Both the position numbers and the translations under genes were made by a program. The notes beneath the pieces were generated by a model, which was given only the letters and a program-made list of their open reading frames with translations, was not told the origin of the DNA and made no database searches. 64,000 nt of DNA from Candidatus Latescibacterota bacterium (GTDB lineage: Bacteria > Latescibacterota > CBDEFO01): NCBI GenBank assembly GCA_965248755.1, contig OZ252149.1, forward strand, positions 480,001 to 544,000, read 5' to 3'. Positions 19,928 to 30,703 of the stretch are shown in pieces (position 1 is the first letter of the stretch; every line of letters begins with the position of its first letter).

Positions 19928-20935
19928 CTAATCTCCGCCAGGAGGAGTTGAATCAGACGCGCTCTCAGATATAGAGGTCCTCATATCTGAGTCCGACTCG
20001 ATATTCCTCATACGATAGTAGTCCATAATTCCCAGGTTGCCGCTCCTGAACGCCTCTGCCATAGCGAGAGGAACCTGGGCTTCGGCCTCCACCACCTTTG
20101 CCCTCATCTCCTGTACTCTCGCCAGCATCTCCTGCTCCTGGGCTACGGCAAGGGCGCGCCTTTCTTCTGCTTTGGCTCTGGCTATTTTAAGGTCCGCCTC
20201 CGCCTGATCCGTCTGAAGCTTGGCGCCGATATTATCTCCAACATCCACGTCCGCTATGTCTATGGAGAGTATATCGTAGGCCGTCCCCGCATCCAGCCCC
20301 TTCTCAAGCACTGTCCTGGAGATGAGATCTGGATTCTCCAGAACAGTCTTGTGGGTCTGAGACGAGCCTATAGTCGTGACTATGCCCTCTCCGACTCTGG
20401 CTATTATGGTCTCCTCCCCCGCTCCGCCTACCAGCCGGTCTATATTGGCTCTGACAGTTACCTTTGAAGTGGCTATAACCTGGATCCCGTCAACAGCCAC
20501 CGCGGCCACTCTGGGGGTAGTTATCACCTTGGGATTCACGCTTACCCTGACAGCCTCAAGCACGTCTCTGCCTGCAAGGTCTATGGCAGCGGCCCTTTCG
20601 AAGTTCAAGTTTATATTGGCTTTGTCAGCGGATATAAGGGCGTTGATTACGTCATTAACGTTGCCGCCTGCCAGATAGTGCGCCTCCATCTTGTCTATAT
20701 CCACACTTAATCCGGCCTTCGTGGCGCTGATCTTGGGTCTGATGATGCCCTGAGGGGGAACCTTGCGCAGCCTCATACCAAAAAGGTCTCCAAAGATCTT
20801 GACCTTCACGCCGGAAAAATAGGCTGTGATCCACAATCCTATCGGAACAAAATGTAGAAAGATAGACACTAATATTATGAGAACCACTATGAGAACCACT
20901 ATTAATATCGGACCTGTTGCTTCCATCGGTTCCAC
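19928..20935 (-). CDS. floA: Flotillin-like protein FloA (YqfA)
   Basis: [50 protein letters not shown] motifs. Confidence 0.95.
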   Translation of the reverse strand: MEPMEATGPILIVVLIVVLIILVSIFLHFVPIGLWITAYFSGVKVKIFGDLFGMRLRKVPPQGIIRPKISATKAGLSVDIDKMEAHYLAGGNVNDVINALISADKANINLNFERAAAIDLAGRDVLEAVRVSVNPKVITTPRVAAVAVDGIQVIATSKVTVRANIDRLVGGAGEETIIARVGEGIVTTIGSSQTHKTVLENPDLISRTVLEKGLDAGTAYDILSIDIADVDVGDNIGAKLQTDQAEADLKIARAKAEERRALAVAQEQEMLARVQEMRAKVVEAEAQVPLAMAEAFRSGNLGIMDYYRMRNIESDSDMRTSISESASDSTPPGGD

Positions 20936-20997
20936 CTCCTGGTGTGTAGTCCTGCAGTTAATGGCAAGTCCCCCGATTTAAGAAGGAGACCTGCAAT

Positions 20998-22353
20998 TTA
21001 CGCTTCTCTTACGACTATTTTGCTTCCCTCCACGGCTAAGATCTTTATCACCTTATGTTTCTCTATGTAGTCACCCTCCGAAACTACATCTAGCCGTCTT
21101 CCGCCGAAGGTCCCCGTTCCCGCCGGTCGAAGCATTGTTATGGCGAGGCCTGTAGCCCCCACCAAATGCTCGTACTCGGACGGAGAGGATCTAAAGCCTT
21201 CCTCTGTCTTCTCCTCAGCCTGAAGTATAAGCTTGTTCCATAAGCTGATTCTGGGAAGAGACCTGAGTACTAAGATAGAAACGATTATCGAAAGTAAAAA
21301 TGCAAGCCCCATAGAGGTTACAGCTCCTGACACGTCCTCCATTGTCCAGAACGTCCAGTACTCGATTCCGCCCATTAAACTTGCAAAGAGTCCCGCGAAT
21401 ATTGACACGATGCCCGCAAGCCCCACCAGTCCAAAGCCCGGAATATACAGAACCTCGATAAGGAGCATTATAGCTCCCGCTGCGAACAGCAAAGGTCCTT
21501 CCCACCCTGCCAGATGGACGAGATGTTGGCTCCAGAAGAAGAGTCCCAAAGAGATGAGACCTACACTCCCGCCGACCCCCCAACCAGGAGTTCTCAACTC
21601 GAACAGGAGTCCCAAGAAACCCAAACTCATCAGGAGCGAACTTACTATAGGGTGGGTAAAAAAACGCGCTAAAAGTTCCGCCCAGTTTGTCTGGAATCTG
21701 TTTATCCTTGCCCCCGACAGGTCATACAGACTCAGGACTTCCTGGAGCTTTTCGTCTTCATCCAACTTTTCAACTTTGTGGTCAGCTATTTTATACTGTA
21801 GTGCCTCCTCTGTGGTAAGGGTTAAGAGCTTTCCTTTCGGGGCAAGATCGGGAATATCCACATCTTCGTCCACCATCGCCTCAGCCAGGTCGGTAGGTCG
21901 GCCGGTCTTTTCGGCCGTGGCCTTCATCTCACTTCTGAAATAGGAGATGACCTTCTCGCTGGCTTTCTTGCCTTGAAGATCAACAGCAGTCGCCGCACCT
22001 ATGGTGCCTCCCTCGGACATAACTATATGATCTGCGGCTAACGATATTAGAGCGCCGGCGGAGATAGCTCTCGGGTTGATGAAGGCGATGGTCTTAGTCT
22101 CTGTATATAAAATAGCGTCCCTAATTATTAAGGCCGCATCTACTCTGCCTCCGGGCGTATCTATTTCGAAGATGATGGCATCAACCCCCAGTTTCTCACC
22201 TTCTTTGATCGCTCTTTCCACAAAGGCAGCCAAGCCCCTGTCAACTACATCCTTGATGGGAACTACAGAAACGCTCTTCCCCGAGGCATGAACGGGCAGC
22301 AGGAGCATAAGACTAAGGGCAAAAAAGGTGGCATATTTGGCTGCTGCTTTCAT
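20998..22353 (-). CDS. nfeD: NfeD family membrane-bound serine protease (ClpP-like domain, TM domain, OB-fold)
   Basis: IDTPGG, AISAGALI, GKLLTLT, LRPAG motifs. Start moved to 22353, downstream of the promoter. Confidence 0.9.
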   Translation of the reverse strand: MKAAAKYATFFALSLMLLLPVHASGKSVSVVPIKDVVDRGLAAFVERAIKEGEKLGVDAIIFEIDTPGGRVDAALIIRDAILYTETKTIAFINPRAISAGALISLAADHIVMSEGGTIGAATAVDLQGKKASEKVISYFRSEMKATAEKTGRPTDLAEAMVDEDVDIPDLAPKGKLLTLTTEEALQYKIADHKVEKLDEDEKLQEVLSLYDLSGARINRFQTNWAELLARFFTHPIVSSLLMSLGFLGLLFELRTPGWGVGGSVGLISLGLFFWSQHLVHLAGWEGPLLFAAGAIMLLIEVLYIPGFGLVGLAGIVSIFAGLFASLMGGIEYWTFWTMEDVSGAVTSMGLAFLLSIIVSILVLRSLPRISLWNKLILQAEEKTEEGFRSSPSEYEHLVGATGLAITMLRPAGTGTFGGRRLDVVSEGDYIEKHKVIKILAVEGSKIVVREA

Positions 22354-22396
22354 TGTGATCTTATCCAGGATTAAATTATTAGTATTCTCCACCGTA

Positions 22397-22425
22397 ATTT
22401 TACTACAATCCTCTGCATTTGTCAA
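22397..22425 (-). promoter_or_regulatory. Sigma70-type promoter of the nfeD-floA operon
   Basis: TTGACA-17 nt-TAAAAT. Confidence 0.7.
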
Positions 22426-22449
22426 CACCTTTTTCAAAAGCAGGAAGTC

Positions 22450-23055
22450 CTACTGATTCCTCCGGATAAAATCTCGGATAGCCTCCTTGCCGCCTTCGAG
22501 TATGGACGCGCCGTCAGCCGCTAAGACCGGCCCATATTCGTACTCTAAAAGCACCTTTATGCCCTCCTTGGCCTTCTCTATGTCCTTATATTTCTCTGCT
22601 GGAAGGAGATTAAGTTGACCTTGCGGCTTTCCTATCAGAGCGTCTCCCAATATCAGGCCCGGTTCTCCTCTCTCCAAAAGCAGGGCGGATTCCCCCGGGG
22701 ATTTGTTGTCCCGAACATGGATAACCACCAAGCCTCCGGGGAGTTTAGCTTTATGTTTGAAGGTTTTATCTGCCTCCACTTCCTCCAATAGTGGAGCGTC
22801 CAATTCGTTTATGTAGACCTGGGCATCGTACTTGAGCTTTGCGTGGGCCGCCTCCCTTTCGTGATCCCTGTTGGTAATGATAATATACTTCGGCGCGCCT
22901 ATCTTATCTATCTCCTCCTCATCCGAAGGCGTCATCTCAGTCGGATCTATAATAACGTTTCCGCCCTCAGACTTTATAAGAAAACCGTTGAAATCCATCC
23001 CCTTTTCCTGGGAATACCACGACCATGTATATATGTCTTTAAGTATCTCTTTCAT
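22450..23055 (-). CDS. MBL-fold protein with a degenerate metal motif
   Basis: VIIDP, TNRDHER, KSPGE, LGDAL; no HxHxDH. Confidence 0.7.
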   Translation of the reverse strand: MKEILKDIYTWSWYSQEKGMDFNGFLIKSEGGNVIIDPTEMTPSDEEEIDKIGAPKYIIITNRDHEREAAHAKLKYDAQVYINELDAPLLEEVEADKTFKHKAKLPGGLVVIHVRDNKSPGESALLLERGEPGLILGDALIGKPQGQLNLLPAEKYKDIEKAKEGIKVLLEYEYGPVLAADGASILEGGKEAIRDFIRRNQ

Positions 23056-23254
23056 GCTCAGACTCCTCCTGCATCTATATTAATGCATAGTTAAGTAACA
23101 TTTCCGTTTTTATGAAGCTTTTCACCATATTTTGCATCTGAGCTGTATAGTATGACTCATAGGCTTCAAACTCCCGCTCCGACTGCTGGACTGTCTCCTT
23201 TCGATGATGTACTCACCTATCAGCTTGTAGTCATCACCGACCCTTTAAAATGCT

Positions 23255-23962
23255 TTATTTCCCCTTTCTCTTCCACTCTTCATATTCCCTTAAGGTCGCC
23301 TCATCGGGAGGATATGTCTCGAAGATCTTCCGCTGCCCGTCCTCCTTGAGCTTGGCTTTCAGGAAACTCTCCCTGTGTTCTAACTCAAGGGCCTCTTGGG
23401 CCACTTGGGGGGACAATTCCTGAGGAATTACAATCACTCCCTGCGCATCGCCCAACAGCACATCCCCGGGAACTACAGCGACTCCTCCGCAGCTTACGGT
23501 CACGTTCATCTCTATCCCCACTATTCTTCTGGCGCTTCCAGACGCATGTGCTCCTTTGATGTACAGGGGAAGATCCATGTTGCTGAGCGCAGAAAGATCC
23601 CTGATTGCTGCATCTACCACTAAACCTCCGCCGCCTCTTACTACAAATCGCGTCATAATTACGTCTCCCACAAATCCCGCCTCCGTACAGCCACCGGCGT
23701 CCACAACTAAAATATCACCCGGGTTAGCTGCCTCCACAGCCTGTTGATGGACGGGATAGCCATTTTTCTGCAACTTTTCCTGGATGTCCTTACGCACAGG
23801 GACGTATCTGACAGTTGTCGCCTGTCCGACCATCATCAGCTCGGGACGTATTACTTCAAGCCCAGTCATAAACGTGTCCGGGTAACCCAGGTCGTCTAAG
23901 ATGCTCCATACAGAGTCCGTGCTGACCTTCTTCAGAGCTTCCATTATCTTTTTGTCTACCAC
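23255..23962 (-). CDS. RraA / HMG-aldolase family protein
   Basis: PGDILVVD, GDV, VVDAAIRD, GGVAVVPGDVLLGDAQGVIVIP motifs. Confidence 0.88.
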   Translation of the reverse strand: MVDKKIMEALKKVSTDSVWSILDDLGYPDTFMTGLEVIRPELMMVGQATTVRYVPVRKDIQEKLQKNGYPVHQQAVEAANPGDILVVDAGGCTEAGFVGDVIMTRFVVRGGGGLVVDAAIRDLSALSNMDLPLYIKGAHASGSARRIVGIEMNVTVSCGGVAVVPGDVLLGDAQGVIVIPQELSPQVAQEALELEHRESFLKAKLKEDGQRKIFETYPPDEATLREYEEWKRKGK

Positions 23963-24041
23963 GTATCTCCGGCCATAGATATAAGCCTCGATATGCTCGC
24001 GTAGCGGCGGCAGGACGATAGGAACGACGTTAAGGCATAAG

Positions 24042-25669
24042 AACCGACATTCCCCATATCACATTCATGAGGGATTATATTTCGATACATTCTTGTTTCT
24101 GAATTAATATTACCACTTTTACATTTTTCAACAAGTACTTTTTTCAATTAAAATAGTATTTTCCTCTGAATTATCACTTTCTTTGTGTTTAAATCCTCCA
24201 ATTAGAGACACCTCTCCATCGACTCACAAAAAAATGTGGCAGTTTAAACAGAATAACATCGCAATCGTTCAATCCGGGATAATATTTCGGCAAATAACCT
24301 CTTGTCTATCCCAACCTCAGCCATTTGAAACGTAATATATCCGCTGTGTCTGACAATCTTCGCTCCGATTTTGATAAATTTCACGAGGAGGCTGCGTAGT
24401 GACCAGTGTTTGATTTTCTTCGGAAGAACAAAACGTCGCAGGAAGTTGCCCAAGTTGTAAGCCAGAACAAACAGCCAGAGCCTCACCTGATTGGAGACGA
24501 AACGCTTGCATGAGAGTCGGGTCCAGTTCAGAGCATACTTGCCCTCCTTAATCCACTGCTCAGCTCTGCCACGGCCATTGTAGAAGTGTACCACGCCTTC
24601 TGGCTTGGCGCTCATGTTGGTCACGATAAATCCCACTCTTGGGAATAACTCCCCTTGGTGCCATTCAACCTTGGCGACCACTCGCCTCGATTGATCCCAA
24701 CTGGCCGCTTTATATTGAAATTCATATAACGATACAATCGGTTTCCTCGGCGGTCGTCCAACTGGCCGAGTCAGCAGGTATCGTATCTTTTCATAGAGTA
24801 TCTCATTTGCGGGAAGCCGAATGGCATACAAATAGCCGTTTCCCTCCAGATAATCATAAATCTCAGGCTTTGCGAATGCAGCATCGCCTCGAAAGTATTT
24901 CCTATTCTTCTTGCTCTCGTATCTCTTGACGATCGGTTCCAGAACTTCCTTCCAACGATCAGCACTGTGAACATTACCAGAGCGAAGTAGGACTCCTTCA
25001 CAATCCCCGAACTGATTGAAGCAGAACACTGGATGAAAACAGGTACATCCGAAATGACCGTTGTAAGCTGATCCTTCCTGCTGGCCATGTACCGGACTCT
25101 CCGAACTGTCCATGTCCAGAATGATTCGTTGATGCTGTGTTTTACTCATCGCTTTTTGAACCCACTTGCCATTGATATCTGACAAGTTTCTGAGATTGTC
25201 ATGCTGAGTCAGTATATCAGTTTCAAAACGTCCTATCGTGTTGGAGCTGGCAGCTTGCCTGCCTTTGTCCTTCTTTCCGGTAATCGCTCGCATGACGGGA
25301 TCAACGGATAATCGCTCGGCGTCATTTACATCTTCATATCCTGCAAGACGGCTGTATATCGATTGACGCAGGAGAGTAGATATATCATGTTGGATATTAC
25401 GGCCTGTGCGTTTATCGGTAAAAACCGCTGATACCGAATCAAATAATCCCAGTGCGTAATCAAGGTCACGATACGCAAGAAGTCCACCGTTTGATGTCAC
25501 CTTTGCACCATGAAATTCAAGCTTTATTCCTCCATCAAAACCTACTTTCATTCTTTCACCCTCTGGATGATCAATATTTATCCGCCATTTATGAGTCTTA
25601 TTTATTGTAATATAACATGTTCTGGCGACTTTGACAACCATTTTTCGGGTCTAATATGGCGAATGGGGG
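24042..25669 (-). mobile_element. IS1380-family insertion sequence (about 1.63 kb)
   Basis: Terminal IRs CCGACATTCCCCATAT (24044-24059) and ATATGGCGAATGGGGG (25654-25669), 13/16 match; ATAAG direct repeat at 24037-24041 and 25670-25674. Confidence 0.8.
24244..25641 (-). CDS. IS1380-family DDE transposase
   Basis: GYEDVNDA, LDMDSS..HGQQEG..YNGHF, RGDAAF, FYNGRGRAEQWIKEGK motifs. Frame open; true start uncertain. Confidence 0.93.
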   Translation of the reverse strand: MVVKVARTCYITINKTHKWRINIDHPEGERMKVGFDGGIKLEFHGAKVTSNGGLLAYRDLDYALGLFDSVSAVFTDKRTGRNIQHDISTLLRQSIYSRLAGYEDVNDAERLSVDPVMRAITGKKDKGRQAASSNTIGRFETDILTQHDNLRNLSDINGKWVQKAMSKTQHQRIILDMDSSESPVHGQQEGSAYNGHFGCTCFHPVFCFNQFGDCEGVLLRSGNVHSADRWKEVLEPIVKRYESKKNRKYFRGDAAFAKPEIYDYLEGNGYLYAIRLPANEILYEKIRYLLTRPVGRPPRKPIVSLYEFQYKAASWDQSRRVVAKVEWHQGELFPRVGFIVTNMSAKPEGVVHFYNGRGRAEQWIKEGKYALNWTRLSCKRFVSNQVRLWLFVLAYNLGNFLRRFVLPKKIKHWSLRSLLVKFIKIGAKIVRHSGYITFQMAEVGIDKRLFAEILSRIERLRCYSV

Positions 25670-26814
25670 ATAAGGTTCTTCTCTGTTAGATAACTCCCTA
25701 TAATCTCCGCTGCGAGTTTGTGTCCTTCCGGGCTCCAGTGAGTGTTGGGATAGAAGAGATGTGCTCCGATTTTGGCGCGTTTTGAGAACTCCGGGAGGAG
25801 GTCCATAAGCGGTATCCCGGCTTTTCGACAGTATTCTGATATTATTCTGTTAGGCCTATATAGATCGTACTTTCCCTCCATTCCTAACTCCCGTTTTCTC
25901 TTCTCCCATTCATCTGTATGAACCTGTAGTTTAGCCGGAACGGTGACCACAAGCATCTTCGCCCCTGCTTTTCCCACCTCATCGGAGAACCTGCCGATGA
26001 GAGTCTTGGTCAGCATCCAGGTATTATATAATTTAGGACGATACACATCCGAATACAGCAGATCGTAGTATCTGACGGACAAATCTGTTATCTTCTGCGA
26101 TGTGAACTGTGAGCGTACCAGGTTATAAAGATGGCATCTATCCCAGAGAAACTGGTCTACTTGTCGCACCATCTCTTGAGGCTTTGGCCGAGCTTCATCC
26201 CAGAAGAGGGACCTCGGAACAGGGATGCCCCGAAGGTCAAGGTTCCCATTTCTCAAACGGAAATAAGGTTTGAAGCCCTTTTCCCTGCCTATGCCTACCT
26301 TTGAGGCGTTGTTCCCCACGTCATTTAGGTAGAAGAATACGATCACAAGATCGGGCGAATACTTTAGGCCCTCTCTTCGAAAGAACAAAAGCTCCTGATC
26401 TGTCCCGTATCCCGCCACACTGCAGTTTACAACTTCGTACTTTTTATCGCCTGTTTCAAGGTTCAGGATCTTTTCGAGCCTCCGTGTCACAGAATCCTCA
26501 AGCTCCACTCCCCATCCCTCAACGAAGGAATCTCCAAAGGCTAATATGCGAAATGTATTATCTTTCTTGGCGTAGTCCCTCTCGACGTCCCTTAGTCCCT
26601 TGGAGTTGATCTTGATACTCACATCAAAGTCCCTGTGAAGCCATCTATCTTCGGCTCCCGGAATGTGCTCCCATCCCAGATTCGCCTCGTATCTCCAGAC
26701 CTTGGGAGTGGGGAATATTTGAGGGGCAACAATACGAGTCCCGATCTCCAATACGCCTACGCTCAACAAGATTCCGATAAGTATAATAACTACATTTGAA
26801 AGAAACTTTTTCAT
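25651..26814 (-). CDS. Membrane-anchored SGNH/GDSL hydrolase (AlgX/AlgJ-like)
   Basis: INSKGLRD, GDSFVEG, GYGTDQE, ND, THWSPEGH motifs. Confidence 0.85.
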   Translation of the reverse strand: MKKFLSNVVIILIGILLSVGVLEIGTRIVAPQIFPTPKVWRYEANLGWEHIPGAEDRWLHRDFDVSIKINSKGLRDVERDYAKKDNTFRILAFGDSFVEGWGVELEDSVTRRLEKILNLETGDKKYEVVNCSVAGYGTDQELLFFRREGLKYSPDLVIVFFYLNDVGNNASKVGIGREKGFKPYFRLRNGNLDLRGIPVPRSLFWDEARPKPQEMVRQVDQFLWDRCHLYNLVRSQFTSQKITDLSVRYYDLLYSDVYRPKLYNTWMLTKTLIGRFSDEVGKAGAKMLVVTVPAKLQVHTDEWEKRKRELGMEGKYDLYRPNRIISEYCRKAGIPLMDLLPEFSKRAKIGAHLFYPNTHWSPEGHKLAAEIIGSYLTEKNLIPHSPY

Positions 26815-28145
26815 CTGTAAGCACTTTTTGAAAGATACACCTTATTAAGATAATGACGCCCTTGTGCGTTTTCTGGATCCCACTCCAAAAGATCTTTTAG
26901 CACTCTTTCGGCATCATCTGATCTGTTTTCCTTCATATAAGCGTGAGCGAGGAAAACATATACCTTCTTATCCTGCCTGGGATAGATATTTATCCCCTTA
27001 GATAGGTGTTCAATTGCCTTTTTATAGTCCTCTTTCACGAGAAAATATTTTCCAGAATCTCTATACTGTACCCCCTCTAAAGTCTTTAATCTTGAAAAGC
27101 TCGATACTCCTATGAGCACAACCAAAACTGCCGTCAGTGCTTTCAGAGACACTCTTTCCCTGTTCCATAGCGCATAGGGAAACACACAGGCAAGTATCCA
27201 GACTATCCAGAACGACACTTTGGGTTTTGCCTTCCACAAGAAGAAGATCAAAACCCCTAAAAGAACGTAGCCCAACTTCCACATCCAGTGTAAAGATTCC
27301 TTCGAGCCGATAAGATTCCAGTGAGCTTCCGTTAAGAGCCAAAAGAGATAACTTGAGTAGTTTTGGAGGACATGGAGTCCCATTTCGTACGTCTCATTGC
27401 TCGAGAAGGGGCTTTTGTACACAAATCTATCGGCCGACCAGAAAACAATTGCTGACAGTATAAAGGGGAGGACGGACTTGAAGAACCTATTCCCCCTCAA
27501 TTTGCCTATCCAGAAAAGATAAGCAAAAAGAGGAACTATCGCTATCCCCATAGACTGATGCATGAACATCGAGACCAAAAATGAGACCCCAGAAAGGACG
27601 ATCCAGCGCGTTTTCTTCTGATTTACGTAATACTGTGCAAATATAAACGATGTGAGGACAAAGGTGGTTCCCAAAAGTATCGATACCGCTGAAATCCAAT
27701 AGGTCGCCCTGTAGTGAGAGCAGTTAAGGAGAAAGAGGAATCCCGACAGTAATCCCATCTGGGTGCCGCACGGGTAGGACCTCGCTGGCAGGCCACTACG
27801 TGGGTGGTTGAAGAAAACACTCACAAGATATGCAAAAACGAGGGCGTTGACTGTATGCACAAAGACGTTGAAGAGGTGGTACGGCTTCGCGTCTTCCTTG
27901 AAGGGTTTGTAGAGAAAATAAAATAGCGTGTGGACTCCGAGCCTGCTCGCCCAGGGTTTGGAGAAAGATGGAGAGAATATATACTTGGGATCGCTCTGGG
28001 CCAGCCGGGCATTTTTTACGTAGTCTTCATCATCGAATGTAAACGAGTGAAACCCCATATTGTAGAACGTCGCCGACGATACGAAGACCGTAAAAAGGGC
28101 ATAAATCGCCCATAGTTTCACATTCGCGGCTGCACTACGGCCCAT
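26811..28145 (-). CDS. Polytopic GT-C-like glycosyltransferase with C-terminal TPRs
   Basis: DDEDY loop after TM1, YHLFNVFVH, many TM helices, TPR-like tail. Confidence 0.7.
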   Translation of the reverse strand: MGRSAAANVKLWAIYALFTVFVSSATFYNMGFHSFTFDDEDYVKNARLAQSDPKYIFSPSFSKPWASRLGVHTLFYFLYKPFKEDAKPYHLFNVFVHTVNALVFAYLVSVFFNHPRSGLPARSYPCGTQMGLLSGFLFLLNCSHYRATYWISAVSILLGTTFVLTSFIFAQYYVNQKKTRWIVLSGVSFLVSMFMHQSMGIAIVPLFAYLFWIGKLRGNRFFKSVLPFILSAIVFWSADRFVYKSPFSSNETYEMGLHVLQNYSSYLFWLLTEAHWNLIGSKESLHWMWKLGYVLLGVLIFFLWKAKPKVSFWIVWILACVFPYALWNRERVSLKALTAVLVVLIGVSSFSRLKTLEGVQYRDSGKYFLVKEDYKKAIEHLSKGINIYPRQDKKVYVFLAHAYMKENRSDDAERVLKDLLEWDPENAQGRHYLNKVYLSKSAYR

Positions 28146-28208
28146 ATCGGCGCTGTCTCGGTTAAGTGTGTCATTTGACAGTCCTTGTCTAAAATTCTTC
28201 GCTCTGTC

Positions 28209-29034
28209 TCAGGCCTGTTTTCTCTTTGCCTTTATCGCAGCAATACAGGAAGACCCGCTCCCGCAGAAAGGATCTAACACAACTTCATCTTTGAAGGTAT
28301 AAAGATGAATCAGCCGACGTGGAAGCTCAACCGGAAAAGGGGCGGGATGTCCGATCCTTTGCGCAGATTCGGCGGAGAATGTCCACACACTCTTTGTCAA
28401 CTCCAGGAATTCTGCCTTATTGATTGTATCTTCCCTACCTTTCTTCTTTCGACTGAAGGAATCCTTTGAAAAAAACTAGGATATACTCATGAATATCCCT
28501 TAAAGTCGGATTCGCTGCCGATTGCCAGCTTCCCCATGCCGTTGATGGACTGGAACTTGTCGCCTTGTTCCAGATCATTTCACCCCGCATCAGGAAGCCA
28601 ATCTCGTGCATATCCTGAATAATATAACTGTGAAGAGGAATGTAAGGCTTTCGTCCCAGATTCGCTATGTTCACACATGCCCTGCCCCCGGTGACAAGAA
28701 CGCGATAGGTCTCCCTGAAAACCCGTTTCAGCAAATCCCTGCATTCATCCAATATCAGATCCTCGTCATACTCTTTAGTTACATTGTAGGGCGGAGATGT
28801 CACCATGAGGTGTATGCTGTAGTCAGGGATCTCCTCCATCACCTCGCTACTTTTGCAGTATACCTTTTCCAGAAGCGACTCATCTATAGGATTTTCAATA
28901 TGCGTTACATCGCTCGGAACTGTTTGCCCTTTGTATAATTTACTGCTATAAAACTTGGTCGAGTCGTGGCCGATTCTACCGGGTGAACCAAAGGAACTCG
29001 TTGAAGTACTGTTCTTCTTACTTTTAGGCTTCAT
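28209..29034 (-). pseudogene. Site-specific DNA methyltransferase (N4C/N6A, beta class), frameshifted and 3' truncated
   Basis: TSPPY in the 5' frame; HPAPFP and DPFCGSGS in the 3' frame; frames join on removing one T from the T7 run at 28469-28475. Confidence 0.85.
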
Positions 29035-29428
29035 AATGTTATTACTTTCACACACATCTCTGGCCCGGCACATCGATACGGGAAATCTTACACATCAATA
29101 AAATATGAAAAAGACAGACTAATGTAAAGGGATTTTTGTCCACACCGAGTCGATCTCTTGGCAAGCCTCCTCATATACATAGCCCCTTGGCTGACATAAG
29201 TTCGATACTGCACTTTATGCCTGTGGGCTATGTTACAGATCCGGATCGTCCGGACTTTTCAAACTAATAGTGAGGTAGAGATAGCATACATAAAACATCT
29301 GTAAAGAACAGACAACGAAAAAATATTTCATATCACAAAAAGGGAAATTGCCATTTACCCGGTTGATCCATTCATCTACGAGGTCCTGCTGTTCTAAATG
29401 CAAGAAATACTCATCTGTAAAATTATCC

Positions 29429-29457
29429 TTTACATTCGAGGATCTTTTTTGTATCTT
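29429..29457 (+). promoter_or_regulatory. Possible sigma70 promoter for the lipoprotein operon
   Basis: TTTACA-17 nt-TATCTT. Confidence 0.45.
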
Positions 29458-29637
29458 GTGTTAGCAATAGATATTTACAAGATCAAGAAATTTAAGAAAT
29501 TAGGTAGGTGATGTCTATGTACTTCTGATGAGAGGCTCCAGAAACTCTCTTTCAAAAGAGAGATTACAAAGGCGTGGTCACAGCAGCAGCTTGCATCTGT
29601 CAGCAGGATGGTTTTCCTGTATAAGGGGGGATAAGCA

Positions 29638-30129
29638 ATGAAAGGAATGAAAACAGCAATAGTTCTTCTAGGTGTTTTGTCCCTGTACGGGTGCGGGGTA
29701 AGTGAAAAAGACGACCTGATTGAGTATATGAATCAGGTGACCAAGTTGGATGAGTACAACGGGGAGCTTCAGCAGTATGCTGAACTCCTTGAGGCTCAGA
29801 AGGATACCATCACCATAGAGAGTTTAGAGCCGATATATAAGCTGTTCAAGGATTACAAGGAGGTTCTCTCTCAGATAACGGTTCCCAAAACTACCAAGAT
29901 CAGGTCAATTCACAACAGTTATGAGAGGTTCCTATCGAACGCCCAAAAGTCCTTTATGCTATCTCCTGAACCGACCGAGAATAACATCTATAAAGCGGGA
30001 ATCGCACTATCGCGAGCCAGAAAGAGCGTAGAAGGCAGGATACATCTTCAGCTTCAAACGCTCTTGGGGGTGCACGGTCTTCAGGATCAGTATCCGCTCA
30101 AATGGCCGTCCGCACAAACAGCGGGATAA
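29638..30129 (+). CDS. Hypothetical helical lipoprotein (paralog 1)
   Basis: Lipobox LYGC, GGGGG RBS, aligns with the next ORF. Confidence 0.75.
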   Translation: MKGMKTAIVLLGVLSLYGCGVSEKDDLIEYMNQVTKLDEYNGELQQYAELLEAQKDTITIESLEPIYKLFKDYKEVLSQITVPKTTKIRSIHNSYERFLSNAQKSFMLSPEPTENNIYKAGIALSRARKSVEGRIHLQLQTLLGVHGLQDQYPLKWPSAQTAG

Positions 30130-30178
30130 TTGCCTAGCAAGTTATACCAAAATTGCCAAGTTTTCAGGGGGATCAGCT

Positions 30179-30703
30179 ATGACAGGAAACAAAATCTTGA
30201 CGTTCGGTCTGTTCGTTCTGGCTCTCAATGGAAGCATCATTACAGGCTGTAGCAAGGGTGAGGACATAGACCTTATAGCGTATCTGGAAGAGCTTTCCAG
30301 GATAGAAAAATATCCCAGGCAGTTGGAGGAGTACGATAAGATGTTGAAGGAGACGCCTGACTCTATAGCTACTTTGGAGCCGATGTACAAATTTATTGAC
30401 GAGTACGAAACGGCCGTAAAGAGCATAGTGTCCCCCCAGACCAACAGAGTAAGAGCCATCAACGGCCTATATGAACGGTGCTTTAAAGAGGCTAAAAGAC
30501 AGCTTACAAATGCCACAAAGCCGGATCAATACAGCATTTTAAGGACGGGAGACGCCTTCAGTAAAATAAGGGACGTGGTAGTTGAAAAGGTCCATCCTAA
30601 TATCAGGGGAATGCTGGAGGAGTTTAATCTTCAGGATAAGTATTCTGTGGAGTGGCCCAAGATAGAAAAGGAGGTTATAGCCGACATTCAGGAGGAACTA
30701 TAA
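30179..30703 (+). CDS. Hypothetical helical lipoprotein (paralog 2)
   Basis: Lipobox ITGC; shares DLI.Y, LEP.YK, YER, LQD.Y...WP with paralog 1. Confidence 0.75.
   Translation: MTGNKILTFGLFVLALNGSIITGCSKGEDIDLIAYLEELSRIEKYPRQLEEYDKMLKETPDSIATLEPMYKFIDEYETAVKSIVSPQTNRVRAINGLYERCFKEAKRQLTNATKPDQYSILRTGDAFSKIRDVVVEKVHPNIRGMLEEFNLQDKYSVEWPKIEKEVIADIQEEL

Noticed and set aside
21233..21943. 236-aa plus-strand ORF and similar antisense ORFs (e.g. 9719-10285, 58197-58850)
   Set aside because: Shadows of well-supported minus-strand genes, with no recognisable motifs.
29520..29640. WSQQQLA segment resembling an XRE helix-turn-helix remnant
   Set aside because: No start codon in frame and too short to support.
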